Shown here: positions 48,301-60,000 of the stretch, in pieces | Numbering within the stretch: position 1 is the first letter of the stretch | Layout of the letters: every line of letters starts with the position of its first letter | DNA from: Heptranchias perlo | Taxonomy: Eukaryota | Direction of reading: 5' to 3' | Assembly: GCF_035084215.1 (NCBI RefSeq) | Contig: NC_090335.1 | Location: forward strand, 47,926,001 to 47,990,000 | Length of the DNA: 64,000 bases | Made by a program: the position numbers and the translations under genes | Notes under the pieces: model-generated | Told to the model about the DNA's origin: nothing | Seen by the model: only the letters and a program-made list of their open reading frames with translations | Database searches by the model: none

Positions 48301-50820
48301 TCATAGTATCATAGTAGGTACAGCACAGGAGGAGGCCATTCGGCCCATTGTGCCTGTGCCAGTTCTTCGAAAGAGCTATTCAATTAGTCCCATTCCCCTG
48401 CTCTTTCCCCATTGCCTGTAAATTTTTTCCCTTCAAGGATTTATCTAATTCTCTTTTGAAAGTACCTATTGAATCTGCTTGCACCACCCTTTCAGGCAGT
48501 GCATTCCAGGTCATTACAACTCGCTGGGTAAAAATCATTTCCTCATGAGGCCTCTTGTTCTTTTGCTGATCACCTTAAATCTGTGTCCTCTGGTTACCAA
48601 CCATTCTGCCACTGGGAACAATTTCTCCTTATTTACTCTATCAATACCGTTCATGACTTCTATCAAATCTCCTCTTAACCCTCTCTGTTCTATGGAGAAC
48701 AACCCCAGCTTCTCCAATCTCTCCACATAACTGAAGTCCCTCATCCCTAGTACCATTCTAGTAAATCTCTTTTGCACCCTCTCTAAGGCCTTGACAGCCT
48801 TCCTAAAGTGTGGTGCCCAGAATTAAACACAATACTCCATCTGAGGCCTAACCAGTTATGCTAAAAGTTTAGCAGAACTTCCTTGCTTTTGTACTCTATG
48901 CCTCCATTAATAAAGCTCAGGATCCCATATTCTATTTTAACAGCCTTCTCAACTTGTCCTGTCACCTTCAAACATTTGTGTATGTGCACCTCAGGTCTCT
49001 CTGTTCCTGCATCCCCTTTAAAATTGTACCATTTAGTTTATATTGCCTCTCCTCATTCTTCCTACCAAAATGTATTACTTCACACTTCTCTGTGTTAAAT
49101 TTCATCTGCCCATTTCACCAGTCTATGTCCTCCTGAAGTCTGTTACTATCCTCCACATTGTTTACTACATTTTCGAGTTTCGTGTCATCTACAAACTTTG
49201 AAATTATAACCTCTATATCCAAGTCCAGATCATTAATATATATCAAAAGATCAGTGGTCCTAATACTGACCTCTGTGGAACACAACTGTACACTTCCCTC
49301 CAGCCTGATAAACAACCATTCACAAGTACTCTCTGCTTTCTGTCCCTTAGCCAATTTTGTATCCACACTGCCACTGTCCCTTTAATCCCTTCGGCTTTAA
49401 TTTTGCTATAAGTCTATTATGTGGTATTTTATCAAATGCCTTTTGAAGGTCCATATACATAACATGAACTGCACCACCCTTATCAACCTTCACTTCATCA
49501 ATGAACTCAATCAAATTAGTCCATCACGATTTTCCTTTAACAAATCCATGCTGTCTTTCATTTATTAGCCCATACTTTTCCAAGTGCCAATTAATTTTGT
49601 CCCGGATTATTGTCTCTAAAAGTTTCCCCACCACCGATGTTAGGCTGACTGGCCTGTAATTGCCAGGTTTATCCCTCTCCCCTTTTTTGAACAGGGGTGA
49701 AACATTTGCAATCCTTCAGTCCTCCGGCACCATCCCCATATCTAAGGGGGATTAGAAGATTGTGGCCAGAACCTCCGCAATTTCCATCCTTACTTCCTTC
49801 GTAACCTAGAATGCATCCCATCTGAACCAGGTGATTTTTCTACTTTGAGTACTGCCAATCTTTTAAGAACCTCCTCTTTATCTATTTTTATCCTATACAA
49901 AATCGCTACTACCTCCTCCATTACTGCTACAATGGCAGCATCCTCTTTTCTAGTGAAGACAGATGTGAAGTATTCATTTAGTACCTTAGCCATGCCCACA
50001 AGTAGATCTCCTTTTTTGTCCCTAATTGGACCCACCCTTCCTTTCACTACCCTTTTGCTATTTATATGTAAATAAAAGACCTTTGTGTTCCCTTTTATGT
50101 TAGCTGCTAATCTATTCTCATAATCTCTCTTTGCCCCTCTTATTCCCTTTTTTAGATCTCCTCTGTACTTTCTGCCTGGCTCTCTACAGTATTATGAACC
50201 TTACATTTGTCATAAGCCTTCTTTTTCCATTTCATTTTAATCTCTATATCTTTAATCATCTAGTGAGTTCTAGCTTTGGATGCCCTTCCTCCTCCCCCTT
50301 CCCCCTGTTTAATGTGTCTACTCTGTAGCCGAACCAACTCCTCCTTGAAGGCCACCCATTGTTCAATTACTGTTTTGCCTACCAATTTTTGATTCCAATC
50401 CATCTGGGCAAGAACCCTTTTTAACTCACTAAAATTAGTCCTCCTCCAGTTAAGTATTTTCACATTTGATTGTTCCTTGTCTGTTTCCATAACTATTCTA
50501 AGCCTAATGATATTATGATCACTGTTCCCCAAATTCTCCCCCACTGAAACGCGCTCCACCTGCCCACTTCATTACCCAGAACTAGATCCAGTACCATGTC
50601 CTTCCTGTTGGGCTGGAAACACATTGTTCCAGAAAGTTCTCGTGCACATTTCAGGAATTCCTCCCCCTCTTTGCCCTTTACATTGTTACTGTCTATATTG
50701 GGGTTATTGAAGTCCTCCGTTATCATTACCGTATAGTTCTTGCATCTTTCTATAATTTGCCTGCAAATTTGCTCCTCTATCTCCTTCTCATTATTTGGTG
50801 GCCTATGGTATACACCCAAT
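48301..50820 (-). mobile_element. Degenerate CR1 LINE (ORF2 from APE to 3' tail)
   Basis: Fragmented ORFs YHRPPNN..DFNNPNID..NSDHNII..KFVDDTKL..RGLRGDLIE; tail at 48301. Confidence 0.92.
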
Positions 50821-51034
50821 ATAATTGATCTGAACTTGGCAAATACACATACATGGACTGTCATCTGGCTCATATGTTTATTTGTACACATTTCTTATCG
50901 CAAGATTCTAAAGTCTGCTGATGGGCCTGTAGTGTATTTCCAGCAGTTTTGTTTTTTCATTTCAGTTTTAGTTTCTATTACTTTGTGATACCTGATTCCC
51001 CGTAATGTTTAATGTTTTGAGAGTTGTTAGTTAC

Positions 51035-51465
51035 ATTGAATTACATAGAATTTACAGCACAGAAACAGACCATTTGGCCCAACTGGTCTATGTTGGTGTT
51101 TATGCTCCACATGAGCCTTCTCCCACCCTACTTCATCTAATCCTATCAGCATATCCTTCTATTCCTTTCTTCCTCATGTACTTATCGAAGTTCCCTTTAA
51201 ATGCATCTGTGCTATTCGTCTAACTACTCCTTGTAGTAGCAAGTTCCACATTCTAACCACTCTCTGGGTAAAGAAGTTACTCCTGAATTCCCTATTGGAT
51301 TTATTAGCAACTATCTTATTGATGACCCCACAAATGGAAACATTTTCAGAATTTTAAAGACCTCTATCAGGTCACCCCTCAGCTTTCTCTTTCTAGAGAA
51401 AAGAGCCCCAGCCTGTTCATTATTTCCTAATAATTATAACCTCTCAGTTCTGGTATCATCCTTGT
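51035..51465 (-). mobile_element. CR1 3' fragment with internal deletion
   Basis: Tail catagaatttacagcacagaaacag..; aggtcacccctcagc..aagagccccagcctg corresponds to the RLRGDL region. Confidence 0.8.
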
Positions 51466-51756
51466 TGTGCTTGAGTTTCTAGAAATGCCTCCTAGTTAGT
51501 TGGGAGACTGGACAGCAATTCTTCCTGACACTAAATGGAGCATTAAACAATATGTCAGTTATTTACATCTTGTAATACAAATTACAATAAATTAAATGAA
51601 GCTAAATGTTAAAAATGACTGAATACAGAACACTTTTTTAAAAAGTGATCAGGTCTTAAAAGGAGCTCTGTACTAAAAGTTTATGCTAGTTCTTCCTCTG
51701 TAGCATTGGTGCAGAATAAGTTGCCATTCTTTCTAAAATCTGCTCCCTTGTGATGA

Positions 51757-53826
51757 CATTTCCACCTCTCCCAGTTTGAAGCCCTCCAGTCTGTCTTCTG
51801 CCCTGTCCGCAGCACTGAAACAGCACAAGTCAAATTCACCGTTGATAATCTATGTGATTGTGATTGCAGTTTGCTGTCCCTCCTCATTCTCTCCACCACT
51901 TTTGACACCATCCACCTTTGTGGCATTACTCTCCCCAGTTCCACTTTTACCTATCACACCATAGACATTACATCACATCCAATGCTTTCTCCTCCCATGC
52001 CTCCACAGTCTTTTACTATCTCCCATCCTGGTCGGTCCCCTGGTAAGGCCCCCATCTTTGTTTCTTCAATTCCAACGGGCACATCTGGCTCTCAACTGAT
52101 TTACCTATCCATCACCAGATCTGACTGGACAACATCAAACACTATCTAACCTAACTCTTCTGCCAAAACCGCCCACTACTCCAGGATCATCCTGGAGAGA
52201 AAAGATAACCCCTGGCTTTTTTTCTTCACTGCCAACCATCTCCTTAAATCCTTCTCTCCTGCCCCTTACACGCTCACCTCTAAGAATAAGTGCAAGGAGC
52301 TCATGACTTCTTTGTCACTAAGATTGAGACCATCCATTCACCTGCCTCTTTGCCTTGCCCACCAAGCCAAACCTTCCTCCACGCATCCCTTGCCCTAGCC
52401 CTGAACCCACATCAACCTAATTTCTCTATCTCCCCTTATGCCCTGTCCAAGCTTATCTCATCCATAACACAAACCCCCTGCTCCCTTAACCCCATTTTCA
52501 TTGAAGTTCTGACCACTCAACTTTGCTTACTGGCCCCTATGCTAGCTGACATTATGGTATCCTCTCCTGAGGTACTGCTGTGTACCTTTCAAAACTGCCA
52601 TCATCATCCTCTCCTCAAAAAGCCCACACTGGACCCCTCTGTCCTTCCAAACTACCGTCCCATCTCCAACCTCTCTTTCCTCTATAAAGTTCTTGAAAGT
52701 GTTGTCAACTCCCAAATCTGTACCCATCTTTTCCATAACTCAGTTTGAATTTCTCCAATCAGGTTTGCACTCCTGCCACAGCATTGAAATGGCTCTAATC
52801 AAAGTCACAAATGACATCCTCTGTGACTATGACCATGGTGCACTTTCCCTCTTCGTCCTCTCTGCAACCTTTGACATGGTTCACCACACCAACCTCCTCC
52901 TCCAATGTCTTTCCTCCCTAGTCAAGCCCAGTGGAACTGTCCTCGCTTAGCTGTACTCTTGGTTTTCAAGTCATAGCCAGAGCAAAAGAAATATCTTTTC
53001 TTCCCACCCCCTCACCTCGACCTCTGGAGTCCCCCCATGTAATTGCTGCCCCTTGAGACATCATCCACAGGCATGAGGTCAGCTTCCACATGTCAACTCT
53101 ACGTTTCCACCTTTCTCAACTGCATCTGTTCCATCAGACTGCTTATCTGATATCCAGTCTGGGATGAGTAACAATGTCCTCGTTAAACATTGGGAAAACT
53201 GAAACGATTGTCTTTGAACCCCCCCCCACCCCATCCCAAACTCCGTACCCTTGCTATTGATTCCATCCCGCTTCCCAGCCACTGTTTCTGGTTGAATCAG
53301 TCTGTTCACAACCTTGGCATCCTATTCAATCTAGAGCCGAGCTTCCGACCCCGTATCTTCCCCATCACAAAGACCGCCTACCACCACCTCCAGAACATTG
53401 CCCACTTCCATTCTGTCTCAGCCAATCTGCTGCTGAAACTCTCATCCATGCCTTTGTCACCTGCAGACATGACCATTCTTCTGGCTGTACTCCCATTTCC
53501 ACGCTCTGTAAACTTCAAATTATTGAAAACGGTGCCTGCTATGTCCTATCTCATATCAAGTCCTGCTTACCCATCACTCCTGTCCTCACTGATCTACAGT
53601 GGCTCCCGGTCCCCCGATGCCCCCATTCAAAATTCTCATCCTCATGTTTAAACTTTTTCATGGCTGTACTCATTCCTATCTTTGTAACCTTCTCCCATCC
53701 TATAACCACATCAGAACTTTCTGTTCCTCCAACTCTGGCCACTTGTGCATCCCTCCCTCCCATCACTGGTGGTCGTGCCTTCAGCCTCCTAGATCCCGCA
53801 CTTTGGAATTCCCTCCCTAAACTCCT
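51757..53826 (+). mobile_element. Degenerate L2 LINE ORF2 (RT) fragments
   Basis: PLLKKPTLDPSVLPNYRPISNLSFLYKVLE; QSGLHSCHSIEMALIKVTNDIL; VHNLGILF..ITKTAYHHLQNIA. The QSG-HSTE block occurs twice (~51780 and ~52755). Confidence 0.88.
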
Positions 53827-55695
53827 ATGAATATAAGAAATAGGAGCAGGAGTAGGCCATATGGCCCCTGGAGCCTGCTCCGCCATTTAATAAGATCTCA
53901 ACTTCCCGCCCGATCCCCATGTCCCTTGATTCCCTTAGAGTCCAAAAATCTATCAGTCTCAGTCTTGAATATACTCAATGACTCAGCATCCACAACCTTC
54001 TGGGGTAGAGAATTCCAAAGATTCACAACCCTCTGAGTGAAGAAATTCCTCTTCATCTCAGTCTTAAATCGCTCACCCCTTATCCTGAGACTATGTCCCC
54101 TAGTTCTAGACTCTCCAGCCAGGGGAAACAACCTCCCAGCATCTACCCTGTCAAGCCCTCTAAGAATTTTATACGTTTCAATGAGATCACCTCTCATTCT
54201 TCCAAACTCCAGAGAATATAGGCCCATTCTTCTCAATCTCTCCTCACAGGACAACTCTCTCATCTCAAGAATCAATCTGGTGATCCTTTGTTGCACCCCC
54301 TCTAAGGCAATTATATCCTTCTTTAGGTAAGGAGACCAAAACTGTACACAGTACTCCAGGTGTGGTCTCACCAAAGCCCTGCACAATTGCAGCAAGACTT
54401 CCTTATTCTTGTACTCCAACCCCCTTGCAATAAAGGCCAACAGACCATTTGCCTTCCTAATTGCTTGTTGTTCCTGCATTTTAACTTTCTGTGTTTTGTG
54501 GACAAGGACACCCAAATCTCTCTGAACACCAATATTTAGTAGTTTCTTACCATTTAAAACATATTCTGTTTTTCTATTCTTCCTACCAAAGTGAATAACC
54601 TCACATTTCCCCACAATATACTCCATCTATCACCTTCTTGCCCACTCACTTAACCTGTCTCTATCCCTTTGCAGACTCTTTGTATCCTCCTCATAGCTTA
54701 CTTTCCCACCTAGCTTTGTATCATCAGCAAACTTGGATACAATTCACTGGGTCCCTTCATCTAAGTCATTATTATATATTGTAAATAGCTGAGGCCCAAG
54801 CTCTGACCCCCACTATTTACAGCCTGCCAACCTGAAAATGACCCGTTTATCCTACTCCATTTTCTATACGTTAGCCAATCCTCTATCCATGCTAATATAT
54901 TACTCTCAACCACATGAGCCCTTATCTTGTGTAACAACCTTTTGTGTGGCATCTTAACAAATGCCTTTTGAATATCCAAATATACTACATCCACTGGTTC
55001 CCCTTTATCTACCCTGCTAGTTACATCCTCAAAAAACTCTAATAAATTTGTCAAACACAATTTCCCTTTCATAAAATCATGTTGACTCTGCCTAATCATA
55101 CTATGATTTTCTAAGTGCCCCGTTACCACTTCCTTAATAATGGATTTTTCCAACGACTGATGTCAGGCTAACTGGCCTGTAGTTCCCTGTTTTTTCTCTC
55201 CCTCCTTTCTTGAATAGCAGGGTTACATTTGCTACCTTCCAATCCACTGGAACCATTTTAAAATCTAGGGAATTTTGGAAGATTACAACCAATGCATCCG
55301 CTATCTGCAGCCACCTCTTTTAGAACCCTAGGATGTAGCCAACCAGGTCCAGGGGATTTGTCGGCTTAGTCCCATTAATTTCTCCAGTACTTTCTCTTTA
55401 CTAATATTAATCATATTCCTCACTCTCATTAGACCCTTGGTTCCTCACTATTTCTGGTATGCTTTTTGTGTCTTCTACTGTGCAGACAGATACAAAATAT
55501 TTGTTTAACGTCTCTGCCATTTCCTTATTCCCCATTATAATTTCTCCGGTCTCAGCCTCTAAGGGACCCACGATTACTTTTGCTAATCTCTTCCTTTTAC
55601 ATACTTGTAGAAGCTCTTACAATCTGTTTTTATATTTCTTGCTAGTTTAGTCTCAAATTCTATTTTCTCCCTCTTTATCAATTTTTTGGTCATCC
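53827..55695 (-). mobile_element. 5'-truncated CR1 LINE (RT to tail)
   Basis: ORFs 53898-54626 and 54761-55153 encode CR1 RT/C-terminal motifs; tail at 53827. Confidence 0.93.
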
Positions 55696-56370
55696 GCTCC
55701 GGGCCCACTATATTAACAACGACCTCCTGCTCGAACAGGCACACGAGAGGAAGTAGTCATCTCCGCCCATTGGAGAGGCCGCTTTAAACCCCGCCCCGTT
55801 GTCGGCCTCACATTCTGATTGGTGCTGGCTGCTGTCCGTTATCCGGAGAGGATTTAAAAGTACGGTACCCGGATGAAACTGGCGGTTTCCCGTCCCCGCC
55901 CCGGTCCCGGTTTATGATTGGGTGAGACCGGCAGAGCCGTCATTGGGAGGGAGGGCGGCGTCGGGCATCACGTGACGTGGATGAGCGGCGTGTGGAACAG
56001 TTGTGTCTTTGGTCGTCCGATAACAAGAGTGGAATGGAGAAGGTGATCTGCGACGAACATGGTACGTCTTTCAGTGCTGCGGAGTCGTTATTGGAAGTGT
56101 GTGCAAGTCGAGTGAATCCAGGGTGCTGTATCGTCATAGGATTCAGGTTTTGCAGACGTATTTCCGGAAGTGACGTATTTTTAACTGGCGGTTGGTGTGG
56201 CCAATCCAGAGCAGGTATTGGTTTTGGACCAATCAGTACGTTGAAAGCTGTGAACTTCCGGTAGCTTTCCACGTGGGACGATGACGTTCCGAGTCGCGGT
56301 GCTGACCCGGGTGATTTAGACTCGCTCGTGCAAGACCGGGACGTTCGTGCCCTCTTCTCGCGTGTTCAAA
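55696..56370 (+). promoter_or_regulatory. TTF2: CpG-island promoter of TTF2
   Basis: Only non-repeat CpG-dense region in the window. GC boxes (ccccgcccc), several CCAAT/ATTGG boxes, E-box/CRE tcacgtgacgt at ~55968, and ETS-CRE ccggaagtgacg at ~56164. Confidence 0.85.
56034..56061 (+). CDS. TTF2: TTF2 (transcription termination factor 2, SNF2-family) first coding exon
   Basis: ggaATGG Kozak; MEKVICDEH(G)|gtacgt, 28 nt, phase 1. Resembles the recalled human TTF2 N-terminus MEEVRCPEHG, and TTF2 is syntenic with the EWI cluster in human. No exon 2 was recognised in the window. Confidence 0.78.
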
Positions 56371-56535
56371 ACTGGAAGTTGCATTTATATAGCCCCCTTT
56401 ACATCGCTTCAAACTGTGCCAGAGTGCTTCCCATTCAATGCATTACTTCTGATGCGTAGTCGCCTATTATGGCGGCAAATACTGAAGCTAAACGTCCTCC
56501 CCCCCCCCCCCCCCATGATACTTTGAAGAAAGTAG

Positions 56536-57056
56536 GAATAAATGCATCATTTTCGGGTTGGCAGGTTTGTAACGAGTGGGTTGCTGCAGGGACTGGTGCT
56601 CGGGCCTCAGTTGTTTACAATCTGTATTTATGACTTAGATGAAGGGACCGAGTGTAATGTATCCAAGTTTGCTGAGGATGGAAAGCTAGGTGGAAAAGTA
56701 AGCTGTGGGGAGGATACAAAGAGTCTGCAAAGGGATATAGAAATGATAATTGCTAGGGAAGAAGGTGGTAGATGGAGTATAATGTGGGGAAATGTGAGGT
56801 TATTCACTTTGGTAGGAAGAACAGAAAAACAATATTTTTTTAAATGGTGAGAAACTATTAAATGTTGGTGTTCAGAGGGATTTGGGTGTCCTTGTCCACA
56901 AAGTTAACATGCAGGTACAGCAAGCAGTTAGGAAGGCAAATGCTGTGTTGGCCTTTATTGCAAGGGAGTTGGAGTACAAGAATAAGGAAGTCTTGCTGCA
57001 ATTATATAGGGCTCTGGTGAGACCACATCTGGAGTACTGTGTAGTTTTGTTCTCCT
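56536..57056 (+). mobile_element. CR1 fragment, left part of an element split by a 5-kb insertion
   Basis: GLLQGLVLGPQLFTI..KFAEDGKLGG..LVRPHLEYC; ends at ..ttctcct and resumes at 62088. Confidence 0.88.
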
Positions 57057-60000
57057 AGAACTGTTACAGTACAGAAGGAGGCTATTTGGCTCATCGAGCC
57101 TGTGCTGGCTCTTCGTAAGAACAATCCAGTTAGTCCTGTTCTGCTTTTTCCCAGTAGTCCTGCAAATTCTTTCCCTTCAAATAAGAACATGAGATAGGAG
57201 TAGGCCATTTGGCCCTTTGAGCCTGCTCTGCCATGCAATGAGATCATGGCTGATCTGATTCTGGCCTCAATGCCACTTTCCTGCCTCAACCCCATATCCT
57301 TTGACTCCCTTGCTGATCAAAAATTTGTCTTAACGCAGCCTTGAATATATTCAGTGACTCAGTCCCCATTGCTGTTTGGGGCAAAGAATTCCAAAGGTTC
57401 ACAACCCTCAGAAGAAATTTCTCCTCATCTCCATCTTAAATGGGTGGCCCCTTATTCTGAGACTATGCCCCCTAGTTTTAGATTCCCCTATGAGGGATAA
57501 TATCCTCTCAGCATTTACCCTGTCAAGCCCCCTCCAGAATCTTATATGTTTCAATAAGATCTCCTCTCATTCTTCTAAACTCCAGTGGGTATAGGCCCAA
57601 CCTGCTCAATCTTTCCTCATAAGAAAACCCTTCCATACCTGGAACAACCTAGTGAACCTTCTCTGAACCACCTCCATGCAAGTATATCCTTCCTTAAATA
57701 AGGGGACCAAAACTGTACGCAGCACTCCAGGTGCCGTCTCACCAGCACCCTGTACAATTGTAGCAAGACTTCCCTGCTTTTATACTCCATCCCCCTTGAA
57801 ATAAAGGCCAATATTGCATTTGCCTTCCCAATTACCTGCTGCATCTGTATGCTAACTTTGTGTTTCATGTACGAGGACACCCAAATCCCTCTACCGCAGC
57901 ATTCTGTAGTCTTTCTCCATTTATATCATATTTTGCTTTTTTATTCTTCCTACGAAAGTGGGTGACTTCACATTTTCCCACATTATATTCCATCTGCCAA
58001 ATTTTAGCCTACTCGCTTAACCTATCTATCTCCCTTTGCAAACACTTTGTGTCTTCCTCATAACTTACTTTTCCACCTATCTTTGTATCAGCAGCAAATT
58101 TGGCCACAGTACACTAGCTTCCTTCATCCACGTCATTGATATAAATTGTAAATAGTTGAGGCCCCCGCACTGATCCCTGCGGCACCCCACTGGTTACAGA
58201 TTGCCATCCTGAAAATGACCCCTTTATCCCAACTCTCCTGTTGGCTAGCCAATCCTCTATCCATGCTAATATATTACCCCCAACACCATGAGCTCTTGTG
58301 CAGTAACTTTTTATGTGGCACCTTATCGAATGCCTTTTGGAAATCTAAATACACTTCATCTACTGGTTCCCCTTCATCCACCCTGCTCGTTACTTCCTCA
58401 AAGAATTCTAATAAATTTGTCAAACAATTTCCCTTTCATAAAACCATGTTGACTCTCCTTGATTTTATTTTGAGTCTCTAAATGTCCTGCTACTACTTCC
58501 TTAATAATCGATTCTATCATTTTCCCAATGACAGATGTTAGGCTAATTGGCCTATAGTTAGTGACCTGCTTTCTGTCTTCCCTCCTTTCTTGAATAGGGC
58601 CGTTACATTTGCGGTTTTCCAATCCGCTGGGACCTTTCCAGAATCTAGTGAATTTTGGAAAATTACAACCAATGCATCCACTATCTCTGTAGCCACTTCT
58701 TTTAAGACCCTCGGATGCAAGCCATCGGGTCAGCCTTTAGACCCATTAGTTTGCCTAGTACTTTTTCTGTAGTGATAGTGATTGTTTTTAGATCCTCCCT
58801 CCCCTTTGCCCCTTGATTATCTACTATTATCGTTATGCTTTTAGTGTCTTTTACTGTGAAGACAGATACAAAATATCTGTTAAATGCCTCTGCCATTTCC
58901 TTGTTTTCAATTATTATTTCTCCAGTCTCATCTTTTAAGGGACCTATACTTAGTTTAGCTACTCTCTTCCTTTTTATATAGTTGTAAAAGCTCTTATTGT
59001 CAGTTTTTATATTTCCTGCTAGTTTACTCTCAAACTATTTTCTCTTTTTTTAGCCCTTCTTTGCTAATTTCTAAAATTTTCCAAATCTTCGGGCTTACCA
59101 CTCATCTTTGCCACGTTGTATGCCTTTTCTTTTAACTTGATACCATCCTTAACTTCCTTAATTAGCCATTGTACACCCTTCTCGTGGAGTCTTTCCTCCT
59201 TACTGGGATATATTTTTGTTGAGAGTCATAAAATATCTTTTTAAATGTCTGCCGCTGCTTATCCACTGTCATACCTTCTAATCTGTTTTCCCGGTCCACT
59301 TTAGCCAACTCTGTCCTCATGACATTGTAACTGCCCTTATTTAGGTTTAATACAGTAGTTTCAGATCCAAAATCCTCACTCAAACTGGATGTGAAATTCT
59401 ATCTTCTTATGATCGCTGTTTCCTAAAGGATCCTTTACTTTGAGGTCATTAATTAATCCTGTCTCATTACCCATTACTAGATCTAAAATGGCCTGTTCCC
59501 TGGTTGGTTCCAAAACATATTGTTCTAAGAAACAGTCCCAAATACACTCTATGAACTCATCTTAAGGGCTACTTTTGCCAATTTGATTTATTCCATCTAT
59601 ATGAAAGTTAAAATCACCCATGATTATTGCATTACCTTTTTTACAGGCCCCCATTATTTTTTGATTTATATTTTGCCCTCTGGTGTAGCTACTGCTAAGG
59701 GGCCTATAGACTATCCCCACCAGTGATTTCTTACCCTTGCAATTTCTTACCTCCACCCAGATTGATTCTACATCTTGATCTTCTGAGCCAAGATCATTTC
59801 TCACTATTGTACTCATTTCATTCTTTATTAACAGAGCTACCCTACCATCTTTTCCTTTCTTCCTATCCTTCCGAAATGTCAGATAGCCCTGAATATTCAG
59901 TTCCAAACCTTGGTCACCTTGCTACCACGTCTCTGTAATGGCAACGAGATCATACCCATTTGTTTCTATTTCTGCTGTCAATTCATCTATCTTATTACAA

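Noticed and set aside
55977-56264. 95-aa ORF across the CpG island
   Set aside because: Only MEKVICDEHG matches TTF2; a donor gtacgt follows at 56062, so the rest is UTR/intron read-through.
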